Assembly: GCA_018062705.1 (NCBI GenBank)
Contig: JAGORQ010000004.1
Location: 2,345 to 66,344, forward strand
From: Candidatus Shapirobacteria bacterium
GTDB taxonomy: Bacteria; Patescibacteriota; Microgenomatia; UBA12405
Direction: 5' to 3'
Length of the DNA: 64,000 nucleotides
Shown piece after piece: positions 25,074 to 34,783 of the stretch (position 1 is the stretch's first letter; the number at the start of each line of letters is the position of its first letter). The notes below the pieces were generated by a model that saw only the letters and a program-made list of their open reading frames with translations, made no database searches and was not told the DNA's origin. The translations under genes were made by a program, and so were the position numbers.

Positions 25074-27296
25074 ATGAACCAAATAATAATAAAAGGAGCC
25101 AAAGAGAACAACTTAAAAAATATAGATCTAACCATACCACGCAATAAAATTGTATGTTTTGTTGGTGTGTCTGGTTCAGGCAAGTCCACAATAGCGTTTG
25201 ACATCATAGCTAAAGAAGGACAGCGTCAATATTTTGAGAGCTTGAGCAGTCTGGCACGACGATATTTGGCCAAGAACAACCGTCCTGATGTGGAAGAAAT
25301 TAAGGGGATATCTTCAACGGTGATTATTAGTCAGGATAGACTACACCCTAGTCCACGATCAACAGTCGGCACAGTGACAGAAACCTATACCTACCTTAGA
25401 CTTTTGTATTCTCGCTCAGGATGGCCTACCTTTGACTCGTCTTACTTCTCCTTCAATCATCCGCTAGGAGCGTGTCCGCGCTGTAAAGGAGTTGGTCGAG
25501 CAATGGATATTGATGTGACGAAGCTAATTGATGTCAATAAAAGCTTAAATGAGGGTGCGATTTTGTATAGCAATTGGCGAGTAAAGTCGATGTATTGGAA
25601 AATAATTAGATCGACTGAGTTTTTTGATATGGATAAAAAAGTTAAAGACTTTACGAGTGATGAATTTAATAAGTTAATGTATGCACCAAAGCAACGGGCT
25701 CACAACAATGATGATGGCGTAGTAATGCCTATGTATCAGGGAATTGTGACACATCTAAATAGTCGCGGTTCGAGTGTGAGTCGAGGTGTAAATGAGGATG
25801 AATTAAAGTATTTTAATTATATTGATTGTCCAGAATGTCACGGATGGAAGTTAAAAAAAGAGTCACTAGGGGTGACATTAAATGGAAAGAACATTGGGCA
25901 GGTGGCAAATATGCCAATAAGTGAAGCATATGATTTTATAAAAAGTATTGAACATAAAAATGCGACTGTAATTAAGCCTCGAATATTGGAACAATTAAAG
26001 TTTTTAGTCGATGCTGGTGTTGGGTATTTGTCACTCAACCGTTCTACCAACACTTTGTCTGGTGGTGAGGCACAACGTGTTAAATTAGCCCGACAGTTAG
26101 GTTGTGATTTAATTGAGACGATTTATGTAATGGACGAACCAACATCAGGCCTACATCCGAGAGACTTGGAATTAGTCGTTAAAAATTTAGAGAGACTACG
26201 AGACGGCGGAAATAGTGTGTTAGTTGTTGAGCACGACGAAAGTGTTATTAGATCAGCAGACTACATAGTTGAAGTTGGTCAAGGTGGAGGTAAAAAAGGT
26301 GGAGAGATAGTCTTTAGCGGGAGCAAGGATGATTTATTAAAGTCCAACACACTAACTGCAAAATATTTGAATAGATCAAACAAAGTTATTAGCAATAGTA
26401 GTAGAAAGCCAACAGGAACTCTTAAAATTGTTTCAGCTAGTAGGAATAATTTGAAGGACGTAAGTGTAGACATACCTACAGGTCAATTAGTAGCTCTAAC
26501 TGGCGTCTCAGGTGCAGGCAAGAGTTCATTAGTTGATGAAATAATGTCGCAACACAGTGATAAGGTAGTCTTGATTGGTCAAGGAGCGATAGGAAATAAT
26601 AGGCGAGGCTCAATTGCTACTTATGTCGGGGTGTTTGATGAAATTAGAGAATTGTTTGCCAGACAAAATAAGGTATCCGCATCATTATTTAGCTACAACA
26701 GTAAGCAAGGTTATTGTATTGAATGTGAAGGGTTGGGATTTATAGATATGGATATGAATTTTTTGGGTAACGTTAGAACTAAATGTGATAAGTGTGGGGG
26801 AAAAAGATATAAGCCTGAGGTTTTAGATTATAAATATAGTGGCAAAGATATTAGTGAAATATTAGAAATGACGGCGGTTGAGGCAATTGACTTTTTTGAT
26901 CAAGATAATATTAAAAATGGTTTAAGAATGCTTTTGGATGTTGGCCTTGATTATGTCGAGCTTGGTCAAACTTTAGACACATTATCTGGTGGTGAAGGTC
27001 AAAGGTTGAAGTTGGCTAGTCGGCTTCAAAATAAAGGCGAATTTTATATTTTAGATGAGCCAACATCAGGGCTCCACTTTGCTGATGTTGAAAAATTAAT
27101 GGCATTGCTCAATAAATTAGTAGATAATGGCAACACCGTTTTTGTTATTGAACATAACTTAGAAGTAATTAGACAGGCAGATTGGATTATTGATATGGGA
27201 CCAGAAGGCGGTGACAAGGGTGGAGAAATTGTGGCTCAAGGGACCATAAATAATATTAAAGACTGTAAAAGATCTTGGACGGGAAAATATTTATAG
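25074..27296 (+). CDS. UvrA-like ABC ATPase, class II UvrA paralog (lacks UvrB-binding region; DrrC-like)
   Basis: N-terminus IIIKGAKENNLKNIDLTIPRNKIVCFVGVSGSGKSTIAFDII..EGQRQYFESLSS is UvrA-like; two ABC signatures (LSGGE) and zinc-finger Cys clusters; 740 aa (canonical UvrA is about 940). Confidence 0.75.
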   Translation: MNQIIIKGAKENNLKNIDLTIPRNKIVCFVGVSGSGKSTIAFDIIAKEGQRQYFESLSSLARRYLAKNNRPDVEEIKGISSTVIISQDRLHPSPRSTVGTVTETYTYLRLLYSRSGWPTFDSSYFSFNHPLGACPRCKGVGRAMDIDVTKLIDVNKSLNEGAILYSNWRVKSMYWKIIRSTEFFDMDKKVKDFTSDEFNKLMYAPKQRAHNNDDGVVMPMYQGIVTHLNSRGSSVSRGVNEDELKYFNYIDCPECHGWKLKKESLGVTLNGKNIGQVANMPISEAYDFIKSIEHKNATVIKPRILEQLKFLVDAGVGYLSLNRSTNTLSGGEAQRVKLARQLGCDLIETIYVMDEPTSGLHPRDLELVVKNLERLRDGGNSVLVVEHDESVIRSADYIVEVGQGGGKKGGEIVFSGSKDDLLKSNTLTAKYLNRSNKVISNSSRKPTGTLKIVSASRNNLKDVSVDIPTGQLVALTGVSGAGKSSLVDEIMSQHSDKVVLIGQGAIGNNRRGSIATYVGVFDEIRELFARQNKVSASLFSYNSKQGYCIECEGLGFIDMDMNFLGNVRTKCDKCGGKRYKPEVLDYKYSGKDISEILEMTAVEAIDFFDQDNIKNGLRMLLDVGLDYVELGQTLDTLSGGEGQRLKLASRLQNKGEFYILDEPTSGLHFADVEKLMALLNKLVDNGNTVFVIEHNLEVIRQADWIIDMGPEGGDKGGEIVAQGTINNIKDCKRSWTGKYL

Positions 27297-27351
27297 TCGA
27301 CTATAAAAATATCGCAACAAGTTTATATAACAAGAGATATAATGTGTAAAT

Positions 27352-27858
27352 ATGGCAATAATTTTTATCATCATACTTATAATTTCATCTGCGGTTTTTG
27401 CATATACGGGAATGATGCAAGCCACAACTTTATATGTCGGTAAAAAAATAGCCGATCCAATGTTGGCTGATGTAATGCCAAATGGTTATCAAGACGCAAT
27501 AACACCTGAGCATCAGAACAAGATGAATGATTTGAATAATATTTTGCTAGTCGCAGTATTGATTGTGGGATCTTTGGTCAGATGGTATTGGGGAATCTTA
27601 GGGTTGATTTTAGATATAGTTTTATTAAGAACTATTTTCCAATATTTTTTCGTGCCACAAAAACTTTCATTTTATGTAAATCTTTTGGTGATGAATATGG
27701 CAAATAGATATGCCGATTACAAAAAAGACAAAGACGAAGAAAGAGCTTTGGCATCAAAAGAAATTGGCGACAAATTAAATGAGTATTTTGTAACAATGGA
27801 TAAAAATATGAAAGTTCCGACATTCGACGAGGCTAGTAAAACACCGTTTGGTATATAA
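27352..27858 (+). CDS. Membrane hypothetical protein
   Basis: 168 aa, three TM-like segments. Confidence 0.4.
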   Translation: MAIIFIIILIISSAVFAYTGMMQATTLYVGKKIADPMLADVMPNGYQDAITPEHQNKMNDLNNILLVAVLIVGSLVRWYWGILGLILDIVLLRTIFQYFFVPQKLSFYVNLLVMNMANRYADYKKDKDEERALASKEIGDKLNEYFVTMDKNMKVPTFDEASKTPFGI

Positions 27859-27873
27859 GTTATATAATCGGCT

Positions 27874-29418
27874 ATGGATGCACCCGTCGATTATAAAAAG
27901 CTCAGATATGTTCTATACGCTCGCAAATCGACTGACGATCAAAAGAAGCAGGTTAGATCAATCCCTGATCAGGTTGTCGACTGTGAGGAGATATCTAATC
28001 GCTTAGGATTGAAAGTAATTGGACCATATTTGAAAGAGAGTAAATCAGCAAAGTTACCAAACAGAAGGCCTTTGTATCGAAAAATGGTCAACGATATAAA
28101 GCTGGGTAGATACGACGCAATTCTTTCGTGGTCACCTGATAGATTGGCAAGAAATATGTTAGAAGCGGGAGAATTGATTGATTTGCTAGATCAAGGCGTA
28201 ATCAAAGATCTTAAATTTGCATCGATGGCGTTTAGTCCCGATGCGAACGGAAAAATGATGTTGGGGATGTCTTTTGTGCTTTCAAAACAATACTCAGATG
28301 ATCTCTCTCAAAAAATTATGAGAGGGGTGACTAAAACACGAGCAGAAGGAAAATCATCAGTGGTTAAACACGGCTATGTTAGAGACGAGAATGGTTTTCA
28401 AAGACCTGATGGAGATAACTTTATTTTAATAAAAAATGCGTGGTCAATGAGAGCCAAAGGTGAACCATTAGCAAAGATTTCAAAATATCTAAACGACAGC
28501 GGATACGAAAGAACCATTAAAGTATCGGGTGGAAAAGTAAAAATGGATATTAAAATTTTAAGTCGTCTTTTCAAAGATACTTTTTACTACGGAATGCTTG
28601 TTGAAGGTGCAGATACGGTTGATCTTAGAGATAAATTTGACTTTGTTCAGGCAACAACCGAAGAAGAATTTTATTGCGTCCAAAAATTATCACGAGGTAG
28701 ATTAGCCCCGTTCAACATAAGAAGAACTACATTCTTTCCATTAAAAGGATTGGTTAAATGCTCATACTGTCACCATAATTGTGTTGTAGCTCCATCTACA
28801 GGTCATCTAAAGAAGCGATATTTATATTATCGATGTGACAACCAATACTGTGAAAGAAAGAAGCGATCAATAAGAGGTAAATTTGTCTTTGATTTTATTT
28901 ATAAGTTTTTTGAAGACAATATAAAGTTTGGCCGAAAGGACTATGAAGAATATATGCAGTCGAGCAAATCGATTGTTCAAGAAAGTAACTTAGCTTATGA
29001 TCGAAGGTTAAATTCTATAAACGGTGAGCTCATTCAATTAGGACAAGAACAAGATAATTACATTATATCTTTGGGAAAATTGTCGGTTGGTTCAAGCTCA
29101 GAAGAAAGGGTAAATCAAAAACTAAAATCGATTGAATCAAAGATTGACAGCCTAGAGACAGAGCGGACAAACCTCAAAAAGGATAAACAAAATCCAAATG
29201 ATCAAATAATGTCGCTAGATAGTTTCTTGAACCTATGCAATAACGCGGTAAAAATCATAAAATCTGCAAACGGAGTTGAGAAAGATCTAATTTGTCGATC
29301 TATGTTCTTGAACCTCGAAGTTGACGAAGAGAAAGTAACTAACTTTACGCTAAAAGAACCATTCAATACACTAGTCAAATCGCGTTTATTCGCACTTGGT
29401 CCATCGGGTAGGAGTTGA
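27874..29418 (+). CDS. Large serine recombinase (integrase-type, resolvase/invertase N-terminal catalytic domain + recombinase + zinc ribbon + coiled coil)
   Basis: YVLYARKSTDDQ catalytic serine motif, ..SPDRLARN.., Cys cluster CSYCHH..CDNQYC, C-terminal coiled coil; 3' end overlaps tRNA-Tyr. Confidence 0.8.
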   Translation: MDAPVDYKKLRYVLYARKSTDDQKKQVRSIPDQVVDCEEISNRLGLKVIGPYLKESKSAKLPNRRPLYRKMVNDIKLGRYDAILSWSPDRLARNMLEAGELIDLLDQGVIKDLKFASMAFSPDANGKMMLGMSFVLSKQYSDDLSQKIMRGVTKTRAEGKSSVVKHGYVRDENGFQRPDGDNFILIKNAWSMRAKGEPLAKISKYLNDSGYERTIKVSGGKVKMDIKILSRLFKDTFYYGMLVEGADTVDLRDKFDFVQATTEEEFYCVQKLSRGRLAPFNIRRTTFFPLKGLVKCSYCHHNCVVAPSTGHLKKRYLYYRCDNQYCERKKRSIRGKFVFDFIYKFFEDNIKFGRKDYEEYMQSSKSIVQESNLAYDRRLNSINGELIQLGQEQDNYIISLGKLSVGSSSEERVNQKLKSIESKIDSLETERTNLKKDKQNPNDQIMSLDSFLNLCNNAVKIIKSANGVEKDLICRSMFLNLEVDEEKVTNFTLKEPFNTLVKSRLFALGPSGRS

Positions 29419-29471
29419 ACCTACTTTAGACAGTTTTACAGACTGTTGCCTAACCGTCCGGCTCCCGATGG
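29397..29471 (-). tRNA. tRNA-Tyr (anticodon GUA), CCA encoded, short 5-nt variable loop
   Basis: Manual fold: acceptor CCATCGG/CCGATGG, D arm GCC-GGACGGTTA-GGC, anticodon stem ACAGT/ACTGT, loop CTGTAAA, T arm GTAGG-TTCAACT-CCTAC, discriminator A, CCA. Confidence 0.7.
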
Positions 29472-29544
29472 TTTGTCGTTTCGATTATAGCAAATTATCT
29501 GGCTTTAGTCAGGAAAACAGATAAACAACTGTTAAAATAATAGT

Positions 29545-30306
29545 ATGACAAGAATAATTTCCTGGAACGTGGCGGGGATGAGGGCATGCATTAAAAAAGG
29601 ATTGTTTGATTTTATGGCGCAGGACAAGGCGGACATTTATTGTTTGCAGGAGGTTAAGGCAAAAATTGAACAGATACCAGAAGGAGCGCCAAAAGGATAC
29701 AACTTTTACCTTAATTCAGCAGATAAGGCGGGGTATTCGGGGGTTGGTACGTATTCAAAAATGGAGCCAAAGGCGATTATTTTGGGAGACCAAGATAATG
29801 ATTGGGATAATGAAGGCAGGGTGATAATCACTAAGTATGATGAATTTACCCTACTAAACGTTTATTTTCCCAACGGTAAAAGGGATCGAGGCAGATTAAT
29901 TTTTAAACTAAATTTTTACAAACATTTTTTGGAGTACATTAATAAACTGCGCGAAAATGGGGAAAAAGTGATTTTTTGTGGCGATGTAAACACGGCTCAT
30001 GAAGAAATTGATCTGGCTAGACCTAAGGAGAATTCGAAAGTGTCGGGATTTTTGCCGGAGGAAAGGGAGATACTGACGATGTGGGAAGACTCAGGCTGGA
30101 TTGATACCTTTCGACACCTTCATCCTGATACTGTGACATATTCATGGTGGGATCAAATTACCAGAGCCCGAGACCGAAATGTGGGGTGGAGAATTGATTA
30201 TTTTTATGTGGACAAAGCAATATTGTCAAAAGTTAAAGAGGCCTTTATCTTAACTGACGTAATGGGCTCTGACCACTGCCCAGTGGGGATTGAGATAAAT
30301 TTATAA
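29545..30306 (+). CDS. xth: Exodeoxyribonuclease III
   Basis: MTRIISWNVAGMRA...CLQEVK... C-terminal SDHCPV; 253 aa. Confidence 0.85.
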   Translation: MTRIISWNVAGMRACIKKGLFDFMAQDKADIYCLQEVKAKIEQIPEGAPKGYNFYLNSADKAGYSGVGTYSKMEPKAIILGDQDNDWDNEGRVIITKYDEFTLLNVYFPNGKRDRGRLIFKLNFYKHFLEYINKLRENGEKVIFCGDVNTAHEEIDLARPKENSKVSGFLPEEREILTMWEDSGWIDTFRHLHPDTVTYSWWDQITRARDRNVGWRIDYFYVDKAILSKVKEAFILTDVMGSDHCPVGIEINL

Positions 30307-30330
30307 TTAATAATTAAGAATTAATAATAA

Positions 30331-30822
30331 ATGACAGACAAAGCTTGGTGTTTTTGTGATAGAGAAAGTTACAAAGATAGGATCTTTAGGGAATCGGGGG
30401 ACTTTTATTGCTTATTTGATGATGCGCCAGTGTCACCTGGGCATGCGTTGATTGCACCCAAAAAGCATATTGTTAGTATCTTGGAATTGGACCAAGAAAC
30501 GTGGAATAAATTGTATGTAGAAATTGTTGAGACGATAAAAATTATTGAAAAAACTGATTTAAAAAAGCTTTATCAAGAAATGCTAGATGGAAAAATGTAT
30601 GACAATATTGAGTGGTTTTTAAAAAAGTCATGTAACCACCCAAGAATTAACACTAAACCTGATGGGTACAACCATGGGGTTAATGATGGACGAGCGGCAG
30701 GGAGAACCACTGATCATTTACATTGGCATGTAATCCCCCGTTACGATGGAGACGTGAATGACCCGAAAGGCGGAGTTAGATTTGTGATTCCAGAAATGGG
30801 AAATTATAAGATTGCTAGATAA
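30331..30822 (+). CDS. HIT-family (histidine triad) protein
   Basis: HLHWHVIPR histidine triad; 163 aa. Confidence 0.7.
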   Translation: MTDKAWCFCDRESYKDRIFRESGDFYCLFDDAPVSPGHALIAPKKHIVSILELDQETWNKLYVEIVETIKIIEKTDLKKLYQEMLDGKMYDNIEWFLKKSCNHPRINTKPDGYNHGVNDGRAAGRTTDHLHWHVIPRYDGDVNDPKGGVRFVIPEMGNYKIAR

Positions 30823-30873
30823 ACAAGTTTCTTTAGGATTGAGATTAGACTATAGGAATGGTATAACACCACA

Positions 30874-31143
30874 ATGCAGGTAGAATTTGTACTTTTGAAT
30901 TTGGGTGATAGTGTTAATGTGCAAAAGGGGACATTAACAATAGAATCTGGACACGGGTTGGATACTCAAACTGTTTTGGATTTACTAAGACAAACAGTTG
31001 ATGTAGACATGGATGATGCGATACCACTAAAAACCGGAATATCTGAAACACTAACGAGAAGACCCGATTCGAGACTGAAGTTTAATGTAAATATAGGCAG
31101 AAGAGGTAGTGCGGTGGCCACAGTAATAAAGCTGGTTAGATAA
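30874..31143 (+). CDS. Small hypothetical protein (uncertain)
   Basis: 89 aa ORF. Confidence 0.2.
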   Translation: MQVEFVLLNLGDSVNVQKGTLTIESGHGLDTQTVLDLLRQTVDVDMDDAIPLKTGISETLTRRPDSRLKFNVNIGRRGSAVATVIKLVR

Positions 31144-31828
31144 GAAAATGTTTCTGGGCTTGAGTTTTTAAATATTGACGATGGGCGACAAAGTCGGGGT
31201 CATATTTTGATAACTGAAGCCAAAATTTGTAGGAGTGATTATGGTGGATAGTATGCGTTAATTCGTGGAGGAGGATGTGGCGAAAAATCGGTCGGGGAAG
31301 GAAAATTATTTGCCAATTAAAGTTGAGATTGTTGGTAGAAGAGCAAGAACCATAACGAGAGGAAGTGTTTTTGACGGTGACAGTGCCATAGTTAAAGTCG
31401 TGTTTACTTTTTAATTCTGACAACTCTTCACGAATTAATTTGAGGGCAAGTGGGCGGAATTTTTTGTCAAACAGACTTTGGAGGTGAGGCTCAGTTTCAG
31501 AGGTTGTATTTGCATAGATTTTTTGTTCATCTTCGAAAATTACTACCGAATCGCTCCTTGAATTTGTGATTACTAATTCGTATGATTTATCGAGTATTTG
31601 AAGAGATTTAAGACTCTTTAGGGGAATTTTTGAGGTGAATTTTTGAGAATTAGTGATAATCCAATCGGCGTGAGTTTTGATAAAGTCGTTGACGACAAAC
31701 TGCGGGGTCAACCAGGGGGTAGAAACAGAAAATTTATCGCGACTGAGAATTCGCAAACTAAGACTTCTAATTTTTTTGCGAGTAAGAGTGTAGTCAAAAC
31801 TAATACCATTGAGGGTGATTTGGGGCAT
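31136..31828 (-). CDS. M48-family/YgjP-like metal-dependent hydrolase (DUF45)
   Basis: C-terminal HILLHELTHTIHHNHS (HExxH), 230 aa, typical DUF45 size. Confidence 0.55.
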   Translation of the reverse strand: MPQITLNGISFDYTLTRKKIRSLSLRILSRDKFSVSTPWLTPQFVVNDFIKTHADWIITNSQKFTSKIPLKSLKSLQILDKSYELVITNSRSDSVVIFEDEQKIYANTTSETEPHLQSLFDKKFRPLALKLIREELSELKSKHDFNYGTVTVKNTSSRYGSCSSTNNLNFNWQIIFLPRPIFRHILLHELTHTIHHNHSYKFWLQLSKYDPDFVAHRQYLKTQAQKHFLI

Positions 31829-31847
31829 GGGTATATAATTATAGTTG

Positions 31848-32297
31848 ATGATTTATATTGGTGCCGACCATCGTGGTTTTAGGCTTAAAGAAGAAATAAA
31901 AAAGTGGTTGATGGAAAACCATTATGAGAGCCGGGATTTGGGGGCGAATGAGTACGACAAAGAAGATGATTATACAGATATTGCAATAATGGTGGGTGAA
32001 AAAGTAGTTGGAGATAATGGGAAAGGTGTTGTAATTTGCGGATCAGGGGCAGGAGCCTCGATTGCTGCAAATAAAGTTAGAGGAGTGCGAGCCGGGCTAT
32101 GCACTTCGGAGAAACAAGCAAAGGCGGCCAGAAATGATGACGATGTGAATTTATTGTGTTTATCGGCGGATGCGGTGTCGGTGGAAGACAATATAAGAAT
32201 TGTGGAAATTTTTTTGGAGACATTGTTTTCATCAGAAGAAAGATATATCAGGAGGATTAATAAAATTAAAGAGTATGAAACTGAGATCAGTAAATGA
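31848..32297 (+). CDS. rpiB: Ribose-5-phosphate isomerase B
   Basis: MIYIGADHRGFRLKEEIKKWL... GVVICGSGAGASIAANKVRGVRAG typical RpiB/LacAB. Confidence 0.75.
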   Translation: MIYIGADHRGFRLKEEIKKWLMENHYESRDLGANEYDKEDDYTDIAIMVGEKVVGDNGKGVVICGSGAGASIAANKVRGVRAGLCTSEKQAKAARNDDDVNLLCLSADAVSVEDNIRIVEIFLETLFSSEERYIRRINKIKEYETEISK

Positions 32298-33303
32298 GGT
32301 ATTACCTGAAACAAAGGTAATATTAAAACTTGATTTAGATGTACCAATGAATGATGGGGTGGTTATGGATGATTCTAGGTTGAGTAAATCGATACCAACG
32401 ATAAAACTTTTGCTGGAAAAAAATTGCCAAATAGCTATTATAGGAAAATTGGGACGTCCCGATGGTCATGATCCCAAACTATCTTTGAAGCCAGTGTATT
32501 TGGAATTAATGTCCATGCTTGAACCGAACGGAGAAAACCTAACTGAAAGTGTTTTTGTTGAGGATGTAGGAAATTTTGAAAAATTAGATACAGCTTTGGC
32601 CAAGAATCAAATAGTTTTTTTGGAAAATTTGAGATTCTGGAAAGGTGAAGAAAATAATGATCCAGATTTTTTAGAACATCTAACAGAAATATGTCAATTT
32701 TTTGTCAATGATGCTTTGGCGGTATCTCATCGGAAGGAAAGATCAAACATGTTATTCAAGGAATTGCCAGGTTTTTATGGCTTAGCATTTATTGATGAGG
32801 TCAATAAAATATTAAAAGTGATTGATAATACTCAAAGCCCTTTAACAGTTGTATTGGGCGGGGCGAAGGCAGACAAGCTGGACCATCTTACTGATATTCT
32901 AAATATCGCTGACAATGTACTTATTGGTGGTAAATTGCCTTTATTAATTACTAATGACCAATTACTAATTACTAATGAAAAAATTAAAATTGCAAAATTG
33001 AGGGAGGATACATTTGACTTGAGCGAGGAGGATGTAAGTAGTTTTAAAAAAATAATTGGAGAGTCAAAAATGATTGTGTGGGCGGGGGCGATGGGTTGGT
33101 TTGAAAAAGAGGGATGTAAAAGAGGAACTGAAGAAATTGCCAGAGCAGTGGCAGAAAGTAACGCATATAAAATAATTGCCGGCGGTGATACTGGGGCGTC
33201 AATTAAGGATTTAGGATTAGAGGATAAAATTGATTTAGTGGCATCGGGAGGTGGGGTGATGTTGGAATTGCTGACTAAAGGAACATTACCAGCGTGGGAG
33301 TGA
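32275..33303 (+). CDS. pgk: Phosphoglycerate kinase (start at internal ATG 32275; short form about 343 aa)
   Basis: ..KLDLDVPMNDGVVMDDSRLSKSIPTIKLLLEKNCQIAIIGKLGRPDG.. and C-terminal GGDTGASI..ASGGGVMLELL typical of PGK. Confidence 0.8.
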   Translation: MKLRSVNEVLPETKVILKLDLDVPMNDGVVMDDSRLSKSIPTIKLLLEKNCQIAIIGKLGRPDGHDPKLSLKPVYLELMSMLEPNGENLTESVFVEDVGNFEKLDTALAKNQIVFLENLRFWKGEENNDPDFLEHLTEICQFFVNDALAVSHRKERSNMLFKELPGFYGLAFIDEVNKILKVIDNTQSPLTVVLGGAKADKLDHLTDILNIADNVLIGGKLPLLITNDQLLITNEKIKIAKLREDTFDLSEEDVSSFKKIIGESKMIVWAGAMGWFEKEGCKRGTEEIARAVAESNAYKIIAGGDTGASIKDLGLEDKIDLVASGGGVMLELLTKGTLPAWE

Positions 33304-33340
33304 AAATTAATTAATAATTACTAATTACGAATTAATAACT

Positions 33341-33643
33341 ATGAAAATAATTTATGTGACACTAAATAATAGTGACGAAGCCCGAAAGATAGGTAACAAA
33401 CTGCTAGAGTTGAAGTTGACTAATTGTGTTAATTTTTTCCCAATAACTTGTATCTATAACTATCAAGATCAAATAACCGAAGAACCAGAAGTTGTGCTGA
33501 TTATTAAAACAAAAGAAGAAAAATATGATGAAGTTAGAAAAGTAATTAAGGAAAATATTGATTATGATAATTTTATTGGACAGCTCGGAGTTGAAAAAAT
33601 AAATAATGACTTTGGAAACTGGTTAGACGAAGTTGTGAAATAG
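33341..33643 (+). CDS. cutA: Divalent-cation tolerance protein CutA
   Basis: 100 aa; ..TNCVNFFPITCIYNYQDQITEEPEVVLIIKT.. CutA1 pattern. Confidence 0.65.
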   Translation: MKIIYVTLNNSDEARKIGNKLLELKLTNCVNFFPITCIYNYQDQITEEPEVVLIIKTKEEKYDEVRKVIKENIDYDNFIGQLGVEKINNDFGNWLDEVVK

Positions 33644-33669
33644 ACAAACTGATTGTTGTATCATTAAAT

Positions 33670-34704
33670 ATGGAAAATAAAAAAATAAAGGTGGGGATTA
33701 ATGGTTTTGGGAGAATTGGGAGTGTGGTACTTCGAGCAATTCTTTTGGAAAAGTATGATGTGGAGGTGGTGGCAATAAATACTAGGGGTGATTTACCAAT
33801 TGAATCATTTGCGATGCAATTTAAATACGACTCGGTTTACGGTAGGATGCCCTACAAAGTAGATTTTGCTGAACCGCAAAAGGGTGGAGAGATAGGCAGA
33901 TTAGTTGTAGGCAACTTATCAATCCCCTTTTTGGGAGAACCAGATGTGACCAAAATAGGTTGGAAGAATTATGGAGTGGATGTTGTACTGGAATGTACTG
34001 GAGCCTTTACCGACAACAAGGCCCTGGGGCACATAAAGGCGGGAGCCAAGAAAGTAGTAATTTCGGCACCAGCAAAGGATAAAACGATACCTACTTTTGT
34101 GCTCGGAGTTAACGAAGAAAGTTATAAAGGAGAACAGTTGATTTCTAACGGTTCCTGCACGACAAACTGCACAGCACCAATTGTAAAACTGATTGATGAG
34201 AAGATCGGTTTTCAAGAAGGAGTGTTGACGACAATTCATGCGTACACAACCAATCAAAATATAGTGGACGGATCTGGGAAAGACCCACGACGTGCCAGAG
34301 CGGCGGCAATAAATATAGTACCGACAGCTACTGGAGCAGCAGAGGCGGTAATTGCCTGTTATCCAGAGGCTAAGGGGAGATTTGCTGGTACAGCAATTAG
34401 GGTACCAGTGGTGTGTGGCAGTTATTCAGATATCACTTTTAAGCTAGTCAGAAAAACAACAGTCGAAGAAATAAATGCAGTTTTTGAAGAAGCTTCAGTA
34501 ATGCCACATTTGGTGGGAAAATTAAAAGTGTCTTATGATCCATTGGTATCATCAGATATTATTGGAAATAACGGATCGTGCATTATTGATAGTCGAATGA
34601 CCAAGGTGGTTGCTGATGACATGGTATCGATTGGGGCATGGTACGATAATGAATATGGCTATTCCTGCCGATTGGTAGAGATGGGAATATATATTTCGAA
34701 ATAA
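33670..34704 (+). CDS. gap: Glyceraldehyde-3-phosphate dehydrogenase
   Basis: INGFGRIGSVVLR NAD-binding; SNGSCTTNCTAPIVK catalytic Cys motif. Confidence 0.9.
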   Translation: MENKKIKVGINGFGRIGSVVLRAILLEKYDVEVVAINTRGDLPIESFAMQFKYDSVYGRMPYKVDFAEPQKGGEIGRLVVGNLSIPFLGEPDVTKIGWKNYGVDVVLECTGAFTDNKALGHIKAGAKKVVISAPAKDKTIPTFVLGVNEESYKGEQLISNGSCTTNCTAPIVKLIDEKIGFQEGVLTTIHAYTTNQNIVDGSGKDPRRARAAAINIVPTATGAAEAVIACYPEAKGRFAGTAIRVPVVCGSYSDITFKLVRKTTVEEINAVFEEASVMPHLVGKLKVSYDPLVSSDIIGNNGSCIIDSRMTKVVADDMVSIGAWYDNEYGYSCRLVEMGIYISK

Positions 34705-34783
34705 ATTTTTAATTTAAAATTTAAAATTTTTAATCAATTTCTAATGATTAAATTATTTAATAATAAATTTAACTCAATAAAAA

